Below are positions 28,094 to 40,100 of a stretch of 64,000 nt of DNA, in pieces (the stretch's first letter is position 1; each line of letters opens with the position of its first letter). The DNA is from an uncultured bacterium (GTDB taxonomy: Bacteria; Patescibacteriota; Minisyncoccia; Phycocordibacterales; GWA1-40-21): positions 115,051 through 179,050 of the forward strand of contig CAWJAN010000001.1 in NCBI GenBank assembly GCA_963840885.1. The letters run 5' to 3'. Position numbers and translations under genes: made by a program. The notes beneath the pieces are model-generated. The model worked only from the letters and a program-made list of their open reading frames with translations, was not told the DNA's origin and searched no databases.

Positions 28094-31090
28094 TTATTTG
28101 CTTATAAATAACGGCGACAGGCTTGATCCGACTGCATTTATAACGTTCACATATCCGTCAAATACCCTATTGACCGGAGAAACCAGCCATATAACTGAAT
28201 CACCAAAAGCTATAACATGCTGTTCTAATTTAAGCCCGACATCGCCTCCTCCGCCTCCGTTTGAAGGCGGAGTGGTTGTTGAAACTGTCGTCGTTGCGGT
28301 TGATGAAGACTGCTCTGTGCCGCTTCCGCCGTTTTCGTTTCCTCCGGACTTGCCTGAATTTGCCGCCGCTGAAGACTCGACATTTTTTCCTCCCCTGTTT
28401 TTGACAACCGGCGCGACAACGGACACTTCCGGCAAATTGCCGTATACAAAATTTGACGAGTCGCCGGCGTTCGTTACCCTGAAGCAATAGGCCGATGATG
28501 TATCGATATTTGATATGGAATATATAGAATATTCAAGCTCTGTAAACTGAGAAGTTGTCAGGCTCATTGCCGTCGTCTGGTCTTCCTGCGTCTTTACATA
28601 TCCAGGAACAAAAGTTTTTCCGGCTGGATCAGTAATTTTGGAAGAATTTGTCGTAGAAGTATTATTACCTACCTTTGATATGCTCATGGCCCATGGCCCC
28701 ATCGTATTGTCGAAAGCCGGCACCGGATACCAGCTCGTGCATGAGTCATCGCTTGAAGCGTATTCAAGGCGGTATTGATAATTTGAAGCTATGCCCGTGC
28801 CGGTATTTGAAACCTGAATCCTGAGTCTCAATTGATCTCCCATATTTACTCCGGAAGTCAGCGGCGCATTTACCGAAGCATAGCTTTCGCTGTTTTGATT
28901 CGGATCATTCGTCCTCCAGCCGTAATTGTCTGTCTGAGTTATCTGCGCGGTTCCGCTAGCATTTCGCCAGCTTACAGACCAGTCATTTAATGATGGAGAT
29001 GTTGTGCCTGTGCCGTTTAGAGTAGCTTTTAGGCATATACTATTATATGTGGTGGTGCTTAATCCTGATAAATCTAGGGGGCTCGTTGATGAAGAAAATC
29101 CTGCGCTGTTTCCGGAAAGCGCGCTGTCCGGAATAATCGTATCGCAAGGAGCCGTGCTTGAATAATAGACTTGGACTGAAGTAGATCCGTATGTCTCATC
29201 TGCCGACCAAGATGCCTGATTCCAAGAAATCATTCCTGGAACGTAATTGAAATTAACCGGCGGAGAGATGATCGAGCCTGTATCGGTGGCTGCGGAAATC
29301 GGCGCTGAACCTCCGCCTACATTTACGCCGAAAGCGCCGAAGCTCGTTCCGGTTGCCGCGGAAATTGAGCTCATGAGCCCTATCCATCCTGCGCTTGTGG
29401 TCGCGCTTGAAGTAGATTGAATATCCCAAGATGAAGGCTCATTGTCAGCCGCAAGCCAAGTCTTATATTTAAAATAATTTCCTGAAAAACTTGCGCGCGC
29501 TTTATACCATCTATTAGCCGAAGGGCTGAATGAAGAACTGGCATTTACAGCAGAACTACCTGAATCATAATATCCTATATCTTCCGTGCTTGATGAAGAA
29601 TCATATCCTCCTATAACTCCCGTTGCGCTTACGTAACTCGTTCCCGAAGCCCTTGCCACGGCAAAAGCGTCGGTATTTGTCGCCGGGACTTTATAAATAA
29701 AAAATATATTCGCGTCTCCGGAAACGCCGTCTAGGACATTCCATGATAAAAGATTGAATGGGCTTGTCGTCGATTCTGAACGCAGAACCTTTCCTCCCGC
29801 TGCTGTCGCATCGTCCCGTATAAACCAGTCATTCGCGCTTGCAGACCACTTTTCCGTCCAATCACTTGGCTTTGAGCCTGTGGCATACCCTGAAAAATCA
29901 GTAAAATATATCTTGCTTGTATCCAAAAGGTCTGCTGTTCCGGAACTTGTCGTTTCAATGCTGCCGGACAAAGATCCGGTATTGAATTGCGGTCCCGTAG
30001 TCTCGAACCAGTCCGGATTGCCTCCTGTTTTATAAGTGAAAGATTGCGTAGCTGCAGACCAGGAAGAATAATTCGTTCCGCCGTCTGATGAAGCGCGCGC
30101 TCGGACATAGTAAGTTGCGCCATCTGTGGCAGGCAAGCTTGGCGACAATGCGGCTGCCAATAAATTGTATTTTGTTCCCGAGGCATACGCTCCTGAAAAA
30201 GTCTCCGTATACGATGTGCTGCTGAAATCGGATACGGAATTCAATTCCAATTGGAAAGCATCAAAAGAAGACGAAGAGACGGCAGATACGATAAAATCAG
30301 GAGTGGTAGTGCTCTCTCGTATATTGTTGAAAGAAATTTGGTTTGTTCCGTCGCTGTCCGAAAAGATCGGAGCGGACGGAGGGATTGCCAATGGCTTGAT
30401 AGCTATAGTAAATGCTTCCGGGCTGTCTATCGTTCCGGAAGTCGTAAAAGTCCCCGGATCATCAGAAGAGGCGGTCAATGAACGATTGGCAGTTGAAACT
30501 CGCGAGCGAGAAGTCGCTCCAGATCCGTTCTCCGCTATCGTAATCAAATTGGAATAATTTGCAGGAGCTGCGGTTACTGAAGAGTTAGAAATGCGGTTTG
30601 TCATGCCGGCAATCCAAAGAGTATCTGCAGTTCCCCAAGACGGAGAAAGAGCCGGCGGATCATTTGTTGTGGATGTGGCTATTTCTGGTGTTCCGGTCCA
30701 TCCGCTTATGCGGTATCCGATGGCGGCAACACGGATATTTGTGGATGTTATGGCAACTGTCGCTCCTTCCGATCCGCTTGCCGTTTTATACCATATATAT
30801 GTATGGCCAAGAGTTGTTGAGTCTATGGAACTAAGCAAAGACCATCCGCTAGGCGTTGATGCGGTTGCAGTTGATCCTCCCCTAAAAACAAGCATGAGCA
30901 GATCGCCAGCCTGGATGCCGGAAGGCAAGGTGACATTGTTCGATGTCGCGGCGCTACTGTTTTGATATGTGCTCGTAGCTGCAATTGCAGGATAACCTGC
31001 TGCTAATGCATTGGCGTGAATATTGAATATTCCCAAAATAATAAAAACAAATATTGATTTTAAAAATAGCTTTTCCAAGTGATTGTTCAT
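28094..31090 (-). CDS. large secreted surface protein (998 aa), paralogous to the 2394-aa protein
   Basis: Signal peptide MNNHLEKLFLKSIFVFIILGIFNIHANA. It shares the FN3-like AQFNTG module, the YFTDFSGYATGS.PSDWT jelly-roll-like domain, and a C-terminal S/T/G tail ending GGGGGDVGL plus a hydrophobic segment, all with the 2394-aa protein. Confidence 0.75.
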   Translation of the reverse strand: MNNHLEKLFLKSIFVFIILGIFNIHANALAAGYPAIAATSTYQNSSAATSNNVTLPSGIQAGDLLMLVFRGGSTATASTPSGWSLLSSIDSTTLGHTYIWYKTASGSEGATVAITSTNIRVAAIGYRISGWTGTPEIATSTTNDPPALSPSWGTADTLWIAGMTNRISNSSVTAAPANYSNLITIAENGSGATSRSRVSTANRSLTASSDDPGTFTTSGTIDSPEAFTIAIKPLAIPPSAPIFSDSDGTNQISFNNIRESTTTPDFIVSAVSSSSFDAFQLELNSVSDFSSTSYTETFSGAYASGTKYNLLAAALSPSLPATDGATYYVRARASSDGGTNYSSWSAATQSFTYKTGGNPDWFETTGPQFNTGSLSGSIETTSSGTADLLDTSKIYFTDFSGYATGSKPSDWTEKWSASANDWFIRDDATAAGGKVLRSESTTSPFNLLSWNVLDGVSGDANIFFIYKVPATNTDAFAVARASGTSYVSATGVIGGYDSSSSTEDIGYYDSGSSAVNASSSFSPSANRWYKARASFSGNYFKYKTWLAADNEPSSWDIQSTSSATTSAGWIGLMSSISAATGTSFGAFGVNVGGGSAPISAATDTGSIISPPVNFNYVPGMISWNQASWSADETYGSTSVQVYYSSTAPCDTIIPDSALSGNSAGFSSSTSPLDLSGLSTTTYNSICLKATLNGTGTTSPSLNDWSVSWRNASGTAQITQTDNYGWRTNDPNQNSESYASVNAPLTSGVNMGDQLRLRIQVSNTGTGIASNYQYRLEYASSDDSCTSWYPVPAFDNTMGPWAMSISKVGNNTSTTNSSKITDPAGKTFVPGYVKTQEDQTTAMSLTTSQFTELEYSIYSISNIDTSSAYCFRVTNAGDSSNFVYGNLPEVSVVAPVVKNRGGKNVESSAAANSGKSGGNENGGSGTEQSSSTATTTVSTTTPPSNGGGGGDVGLKLEQHVIAFGDSVIWLVSPVNRVFDGYVNVINAVGSSLSPLFISK

Positions 31091-31117
31091 TTATTATCTT
31101 CTATTGATATAAATTTA

Positions 31118-34100
31118 TTATTGGCTGGAGCTTGTAGCTTCTGTACTCGTGCTGTCTGTAGTGCCGGTTGTCGTCGCCTGTTCCGTTTGAACCGGTTCGG
31201 TAACATCCACTTCTCTCGTTGCTTTTGCATTATTACCTGCAGCATCTGTTGCGGAATACGTTATCGCATATGTTCCCGCTGTGCTCGTATCTACAGTTCC
31301 GGAAGTTGTAACGGAAACGTTTCCGTCGACATCATCTGTCGCTGTCGCGCCGGCATCCGCATATGTGTCGCCCACGGTAAGGTTTACAGGATTTGAACCG
31401 TTCAGTGTTATGACCGGAGCCGTGGTGTCGGCTGGCGCTGGCGGAGTGGTTGTAGCTTCCGTATCGGTAGTCGTCGATGTCGTATCTGTTGTTGAGGCTG
31501 TATCGTCAGCCGAAGTCGTATCCGTGCTCGTTGAAGTGGTGTCGGTGCTTGTCGATGTTGTATCGGTCGAAGTTGATGTCGTGGATGATGAAGTTTCCGA
31601 GGTATCGGACGACTGATCGCTTCCCTGTCCCATTGCCGGAGACGGCGATGAAGGAATTATGGACATAAAATCTTTTGCGCCTTTCACAGCAAATGCCGTC
31701 CAGCTGAACTCGATATCTTCGGGCGCAGGATTATTTATCATTATCGTGAATCCATTCGTTGATTTATCGGCCACCAAATATTTGATCTCATTGTTGAATA
31801 TTGCGACAGAAACGGCGGCAGCATCAACTGAGCTGTCAAGAGAAATCGTGGCGTTCACTACAGGATCGACAAGATACGGCTTGTCGAATGTCACATCCAC
31901 GCTGGTAGCGCCTTTATATATGGTGGCAAATCCTGCTGTATCGGAATTGAAGTAAGGAGTGCCGAAGAAAATGGTATCCGAATTGAACGAAATTGCGTCA
32001 CTCAAAGAATTTACATGGTCTATCGTCAAGCCGTTTGCCGTTATCTGCGGCGTTATTATTTCCACTCCGGCGGCAAGCCTGCCGGTGAACAGTTCCGAGG
32101 AATTTTCTGCCGTTGATGTTCCGTTGAGAAGCTTGTCCAAAACTTGTTTTGCAAAATCGTCAGGATATATTCCATTGTCTATGTTTATTCCGGCAAATTC
32201 GCTTATGCTCTGTCCATTGTAATATCCTTGTTCAACATAAACCATTACCGTTGTCGATGTCGACGACGGAGACCATGAGCCGAGGGCTTTACCTATTACG
32301 AATCCCGCTCCGGTCGCTTTCATCGCTTTTCCAGGATCGTTTGAAGTCGTAAGATAATCTCCGGGATTTATTTCTTCCGAACTAGAGGAAATTTTTACAG
32401 GAACGCGTCCGTTAAGGGCTATCGGCATAGGATTGTCTTCCTTCTTTATATTATATCCGGCTGATGTGAAATTGCCGTGGTTGTCGGAAACTATTCCTAC
32501 AGTATTTTTCTGGTAAGGGCTGTTTGATTTTACGAGCTCTGTGATCTGGCCGAGAACATTATTGTAGTCTACAGACGTATCGGTTGCTGTGCCGTATGTG
32601 TTTACCAATTGCGAGCCGGTAACGACTATGTCGCCGTATTCGGTTCCTGTGGCGACCGGATAATTTTCAGCGTAGTCGGCGGATGGCGCTGAACTGCAAT
32701 CTCCGAGCGTATATATGCTGCCGGCCGAAGGAGATGTTCCTGTGGCCAATGTCGAACATACCGCCGTTGAAACGGTTGTAGTTGCAAGGCCGATGCTTAC
32801 TATTCCATTGCTGTTTACTGTAAATAATGACGTGTCGTTTTTCTTAAGATCTATGAAGTTTCCTGTAAACGATCCTCCGCCTTTTCCGAAATTCATCGTA
32901 AGCCCTTCTCCGGAGAATGCGGAGGTTTCCTGATAAAAGCTTGCCACTGACGTAGCTGTCGTCATGGTATTGGTGTAAAGCCTCAAGACATCTCCTTGCG
33001 TAGTTCCGTCATTTTCTGCATACAGCGCAGCAGGTAAAAGAACTCCTCCAGCATTTCCGGCAGTGATTGCCTGCAAGCCGAATGTCGCGCCGGTGGTTCT
33101 GATGCCGGTATTCACGCCGGAAGTGTTTGAACCTGCGTTCGAGACTATTTCCATTCCGCGCGTAGTATTTGCAAGAGTGGTGTTATCAACCATTCTCATG
33201 ATTTCTCCTACGACCGTATTTGCATTCGTGGTCGGCTGAACATTTACAACGAAACGGTTACCGACTTGAACGCCTCCGGCAGTAGGATTTACATTATAAT
33301 TTCCATTGATACCGGCGATGGCATTTGTAGCGCCGTCAGCCGAAACCGAACCGTCTATCAAAAGTTTCGCCAGAGAAAAAGATGTCGTTGTACCTATCAT
33401 CGCCTGGCCGCTTTGCGATATTGTGAAAAGATTTGCGCCTGTAGATGAGGAAACTGCGAACGGATTAATACCTGATGCTCCTTGTACCAAGAAACTTGAT
33501 GTTGAAGTCGTGGCGTTCACGCCAGCAACTGTTCCGTTATCGAAAAGGACGCCGGAACTTAGAGTTGAAGTGGATGTCCAGCGCGCCACCTTTCCATTAG
33601 TGCCTCCTGAAAGAATTGGTGAGGTTGTTGAAATAACATTTCCGCTTCCATCAACTGCAAGGAATGAGCCGACAAGTCCGTTGCCGAGTTTAAGATTTGA
33701 GATTGTTGTTGTTGCAAGTGTCGTCGTTCCGTTAATGGTAACTGAACCTGTGAATGTTGCTCCTGTAAGAGCTGCGAAGGTCGATGAAGCGTAAGTATAT
33801 GTCGGATAATTCGCGATTGTCGCATACGTTGATGTTCCATATGCGTATGTGGAGAATGTTGAAGATGCGTATGTGTATGTCGGATAATTCGTAAGGGTGC
33901 TAACGGTATTTGTTATGTATCCAGACGGATTAGATGCGAAATAATATGTGGAAGAAGCATAGCCAAATGATGGGAAGGTCGAGGATGCATACGTATATGT
34001 AGGAGTGTTTGCAAGAAGCGCATATGTGGAAGTTCCATAAGCATAAGTGACAAATGTTGATGATGCGTAAGTGAATGATGGGAAAGTTGAGGATGCGTAT

Positions 34101-37100
34101 GTATTCGTAACATATCCGGACAAAAGATTTGCAGTCGAAGTTGCAATGACATTTCCCAAAGAATCAGCCGCGAGAAGAGTTGAAGCTATTCCGTTTCCTA
34201 GAGAAAGCTGGCTGATGCTTGTTGTAGCGAGATTAGAACTTCCTAAAACGCTTAATATGGATGAAAGATTAGCTGATCCTGAAATGGTTGTTGTGGAAAA
34301 AGTAGAAGTGCCGGAAACAGTAAGCTGATTTGAACCAAGATTTACATTGGAGCTTGCTCCCGTATAGGGAACATAATTGGCAAGCGCAGCAGAAGTTGCA
34401 TATGTTGATGAGCCGTAAGCATATGTCACGAAAGTTGATGAAGCGTAAGTGAATGTCGGATATGTGGCTGTGGCGTTTGCGATTGTCAGGTATGTGGAAG
34501 CGGCGGAAGTGGTGGAAAGGTATCCTCCGAGTGTTGTTGCCAATGTTCCCGTGGAGACGTAATTGATGGCAGCCTGAAGCTGGGAAAGATATGTCGAAGA
34601 TCCGTAAGTGAATGTCGGATATGTGGCTGTGGCGTTTGCGATTGTCAGGTATGTGGAAGCGGCGGAAGTGGTGGAAAGATACGGTGCGAGAGCGGAAGCC
34701 GTGATGAATCCTGAAGTAGAGTTGTCAGCGGTGGAAAGGTCTTGTCCGGAGATGTTTGAGATGTATCCAGACGGATTCGAAGCAAGGTAGAAGTCGGATG
34801 ATGAAGCGCTTGGAATATACGGAAGCGATGTCGAAGCGGAAAGAGGAAGGTATGTTGCTGCTGCAGATGTTGTTGAAAGGTATCCTCCGAGTGTTGTTGC
34901 CAATGTTCCCGTGGAGACGTAATCGATGGCAGCCTGAAGCTGGGAAAGATATGTCGAAGATCCGTAAGTGAATGTCGGATATGTGGCTGTGGCGTTTGCG
35001 ATTGTCAGGTATGTGGAAGCGGCGGAAGTGGTGGAAAGATACGGTGCGAGAGCGGAAGCCGTGATGAATCCTGAAGTAGAGTTGTCAGCGGTGGAAAGGT
35101 CTTGTCCGGAGATGTTTGAGATGTATCCAGACGGATTCGAAGCAAGGTAGAAGTCGGATGATGAAGCGCTTGGAATATACGGAAGCGATGTCGAAGCGGA
35201 AAGAGGAAGGTATGTTGCTGCTGCAGATGTTGTTGAAAGGTATCCTCCGAGTGTTGTTGCCAATGTTCCCGTGGAGACGTAATCGATGGCAGCCTGAAGC
35301 TGGGAAAGATATGTCGAAGATCCGTAAGTGAATGTCGGATATGTGGCTGTGGCGTTTGCGATTGTCAGGTATGTGGAAGCTGCGGAAGTGGTGGAAAGAT
35401 ACGGTGCGAGAGCGGAAGCCGTGATGAATCCTGAAGTAGAGTTGTCAGCGGTGGAAAGGTCTTGTCCGGAGATGTTTGAGATGTATCCAGACGGATTCGA
35501 AGCAAGGTAGAAGTCGGATGATGAAGCGCTTGGAATATACGGAAGCGATGTCGAAGCGGAAAGAGGAAGGTATGTTGCTGCTGCAGATGTTGTTGAAAGG
35601 TATCCTCCGAGTGTTGTTGCCAATGTTCCCGTGGAGACGTAATCGATGGCAGCCTGAAGCTGGGAAAGATATGTCGAAGATCCGTAAGTGAATGTCGGAT
35701 ATGTGGCTGTGGCGTTTGCGATTGTCAGGTATGTGGAAGCTGCGGAAGTGGTGGAAAGATACGGTGCGAGAGCGGAAGCCGTGATGAATCCTGAAGTAGA
35801 GTTGTCAGCGGTGGAAAGGTCTTGTCCGGAGATGTTTGAGATGTATCCAGACGGATTCGAAGCAAGGTAGAAGTCGGATGATGAAGCGCTTGGAATATAC
35901 GGAAGCGATGTCGAAGCGGAAAGAGGAAGGTATGTTGCTGCTGCAGATGTTGTTGAAAGGTATCCTCCGAGTGTTGTTGCCAATGTTCCCGTGGAGACGT
36001 AATTGATGGCAGCCTGAAGCTGGGAAAGATATGTCGAAGATCCGTAAGTGAATGTCGGATATGTGGCTGTGGCGTTTGCGATTGTCAGGTATGTTGCTGC
36101 TGCAGATGTTGTTGAAAGGTATCCTCCGAGAGAAGAGATGGTTGCGAATGTCGTCGAAGCGTAAGTGAATGTCGGATATGTGGCTGTGGCGTTTGCGATT
36201 GTCAGGTATGTGGAAGCGGCGGAAGTGGTGGAAAGGTATCCTCCGAGAGAAGAGATGGTTGCGAATGTCGTCGAAGCGTAAGTGAATGTCGGATATGTGG
36301 CTGTGGCGTTTGCGATTGTCAGGTATGTGGAAGCGGCGGAAGTGGTGGAAAGTTTTGCATCAAGTGCGGCTTGCAAATCGGTTTGATCAGAAAGTAAACC
36401 GGTGATGGCTCCCCATGCGACGGTTGCTGACCCGCTTGAAGCAAAAGCCCAGGCATATCCGTTTGGTGCAGTGCTTGATGCCTGAAGAAATTGTCCGGCT
36501 GTTCCCGTTGCGATAGATGTAAGTCCTGAAGAAGAATTGAATATTGCGATTTGTCCTGCTGTTCCCGTCCCCGTTATCGGATTCGTAAGCGTAGTCTGAT
36601 ATGTCGAAGATCCGTAATCATATGTGACAAAAGTTGATGATGCGTATGTATATGGAACATATGTCGAAGCTGCCGTTGCCGAAGTAAGATACGGTGCGAG
36701 AGCTGATGAATCAATGTATCCAGACGGATTCGAAGCAAGGTAGAAGTCGGATGATGAAGCGCTTGGAATATACGGAAGCGATGTCGAAGCGGAAAGAGGA
36801 AGGTATGTTGCTGCTGCAGATGTTGTTGAAAGGTATCCTCCGAGAGAAGAGATGGTTGCGAATGTCGTCGAAGCGTAAGTGAATGTCGGATATGTGGCTG
36901 TGGCGTTTGCGATTGTCAGGTATGTGGAAGCTGCGGAAGTGGTGGAAAGATACGGTGCGAGAGCGGAAGCCGTGATGAATCCTGAAGTAGAGTTGTCAGC
37001 GGTGGAAAGGTCTTGTCCGGAGATGTTTGAGATGTATCCAGACGGATTCGAAGCAAGGTAGAAGTCGGATGATGAAGCGCTTGGAATATACGGAAGCGAT

Positions 37101-40100
37101 GTCGAAGCGGAAAGAGGAAGGTATGTTGCTGCTGCAGATGTTGTTGAAAGGTATCCTCCGAGTGTTGTTGCCAATGTTCCCGTGGAGACGTAATCGATGG
37201 CAGCCTGAAGCTGGGAAAGATATGTCGAAGATCCGTAAGTGAATGTCGGATATGTGGCTGTGGCGTTTGCGATTGTCAGGTATGTGGAAGCTGCAGATGT
37301 TGTTGAAAGGTATCCTCCGAGAGAAGAGATGGTTGCGAATGTCGTCGAAGCGTAAGTGAATGTCGGATATGTGGCTGTGGCGTTTGCGATTGTCAGGTAT
37401 GTGGAAGCGGCGGAAGTGGTGGAAAGATACGGTGCGAGAGCGGAAGCCGTGATGAATCCTGAAGTAGAGTTGTCAGCGGTGGAAAGGTCTTGTCCGGAGA
37501 TGTTTGAGATGTATCCAGACGGATTCGAAGCAAGGTAGAAGTCGGATGATGAAGCGCTTGGAATATACGGAAGCGATGTCGAAGCGGAAAGAGGAAGGTA
37601 TGTTGCTGCTGCAGATGTTGTTGAAAGGTATCCTCCGAGTGTTGTTGCCAATGTTCCCGTGGAGACGTAATCGATGGCAGCCTGAAGCTGGGAAAGATAT
37701 GTCGAAGATCCGTAAGTGAATGTCGGATATGTGGCTGTGGCGTTTGCGATTGTCAGGTATGTTGCTGCTGCAGATGTTGTTGAAAGGTATCCTCCGAGAG
37801 AAGAGATGGTTGCGAATGTCGTCGAAGCGTAAGTGAATGTCGGATATGTGGCTGTGGCGTTTGCGATTGTCAGGTATGTGGAAGCGGCGGAAGTGGTGGA
37901 AAGTTTTGCATCAAGTGCGGCTTGCAAATCGGTTTGATCAGAAAGTAAACCGGTGATGGCTCCCCATGCGACGGTTGCTGACCCGCTTGAAGCAAAAGCC
38001 CAGGCATATCCGTTTGGTGCAGTGCTTGATGCCTGAAGAAATTGTCCGGCTGTTCCCGTTGCGATAGATGTAAGTCCTGAAGAAGAATTGAATATTGCGA
38101 TTTGTCCTGCTGTTCCCGTCCCCGTTATCGGATTCGTAAGCGTAGTCTGATATGTCGAAGATCCGTAATCATATGTGACAAAAGTTGATGATGCGTATGT
38201 ATATGGAACATATGTCGAAGCTGCCGTTGCTGAAGTAAGATACGGTGCGAGCGCTGATGAATCAATGTATCCAGACGGATTCGAAGCAAGGTAGAAGTCG
38301 GATGATGAAGCGCTTGGAATATACGGAAGCGATGTCGAAGCGGAAAGAGGAAGGTATGTTGCTGCTGCAGATGTTGTTGAAAGGTATCCTCCGAGTGTTG
38401 TTGCCAATGTTCCCGTGGAGACGTAATCGATGGCAGCCTGAAGCTGGGAAAGATATGTCGAAGATCCGTAAGTGAATGTCGGATATGTGGCTGTGGCGTT
38501 TGCGATTGTCAGGTATGTGGAAGCTGCAGATGTGGTTGAAAGGTATCCTCCGAGAGAAGAGATGGTTGCGAATGTCGTCGAAGCGTAAGTGAATGTCGGA
38601 TATGTGGCTGTGGCGTTTGCGATTGTCAGGTATGTGGAAGCTGCGGAAGTGGTGGAAAGATACGGTGCGAGAGCGGAAGCCGTGATGAATCCTGAAGTAG
38701 AGTTGTCAGCGGTGGAAAGGTCTTGTCCGGAGATGTTTGAGATGTATCCAGACGGATTCGAAGCAAGGTAGAAGTCGGATGATGAAGCGCTTGGAATATA
38801 CGGAAGCGATGTCGAAGCGGAAAGAGGAAGGTATGTTGCTGCTGCAGATGTTGTTGAAAGGTATCCTCCGAGTGTTGTTGCCAATGTTCCCGTGGAGACG
38901 TAATCGATGGCAGCCTGAAGCTGGGAAAGATATGTCGAAGATCCGTAAGTGAATGTCGGATATGTGGCTGTGGCGTTTGCGATTGTCAGGTATGTTGCTG
39001 CTGCAGATGTTGTTGAAAGGTATCCTCCGAGTGTTGTTGCCAATGTTCCCGTGGAGACGTAATCGATGGCAGCCTGAAGCTGGGAAAGATATGTCGAAGA
39101 TCCGTAAGTGAATGTCGGATATGTGGCTGTGGCGTTTGCGATTGTCAGGTATGTGGAAGCTGCGGAAGTGGTGGAAAGTTTTGCATCAAGTGCGGCTTGC
39201 AAATCGGTTTGATTGGAAAGCGTACCAGTGATTGCACCCCACACTCCGTTTCCTCCACTACTGCTTGCAAGCACCCAATCATATCCAGTAGGAGAAGTTG
39301 AAGATGCTCTCAAAAACATTCCGTCTGTGGAAGTGCCTATGCTCGACAATGTTCCAGTTGCTGTCCAGTAAGAAAGTTGTCCTGCGACTCCGCTGCCGGA
39401 AATTTTATTATTAAAATTTGTCCAATCTGATGATGAAAGATATCCGTCATTTGTCGATGAGGCAATACCAAGCTTTGTTCTTATTGATGAAGAAGATTCA
39501 TCTCCGGTATTTATTCCTGTTGAAGTTCCTGTAAAATTTGAAGCGGAAATATTTCCGGAAAAGTTTGCGTCCGCGGCGCTTAAAAGTCCATTGCTGTCTA
39601 TGGAAAAAATATTTGTTCCTGTCGAATCTTGAATTTGAAAAATATTTGCAACCTGTCCCAGAAAAGCCCTGACGGTAAGCGCGGTGGAATCCGTGGATGT
39701 AGAAAGTATACTCACCACGGAATTATCTATTGGGGTTGTAGTTCCGAAAGATGATTGCCCTGCTCCGCTTACGGCTCCAGCCACCTGAGAAAATGCTGCG
39801 GAAGTTATTTTTTGTCTTGGGCTAAGAGTTTGGAATGTAACATTGTCGGAAGAAACTTCAATCTGCAGATATATGGAATTATTCGTATTGAAATTGTAAT
39901 CCAAAATATCAGGGTAGCCGGCTACAGTATCTCCGATATTTACATTAAAAACTCCCTGGCGGACTTGCGAAGAAAAAGATGTTGGCGCCGATGCTGGCCA
40001 GAGTTTTGTGCCAGAACCGACGGTAGAATTATCCCAAATTGAAAATTTAAAATAATAATTTGTTCCGGTTCCTCCCAAAAGATTTCCGCTTGAATCCGCA

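Noticed and set aside
34608-38952. A series of about 20 plus-strand ORFs of 60-76 aa (MNVGYVAVAFAIVRY... and MRCIQTDSKQGRSRMM...) recurring every 360 nt
   Set aside because: They lie antisense to the giant minus-strand gene and repeat only because the underlying DNA is a tandem repeat. They are ORF-caller artefacts, not genes. They are also not a CRISPR array, since the repeats are contiguous with no unique spacers.
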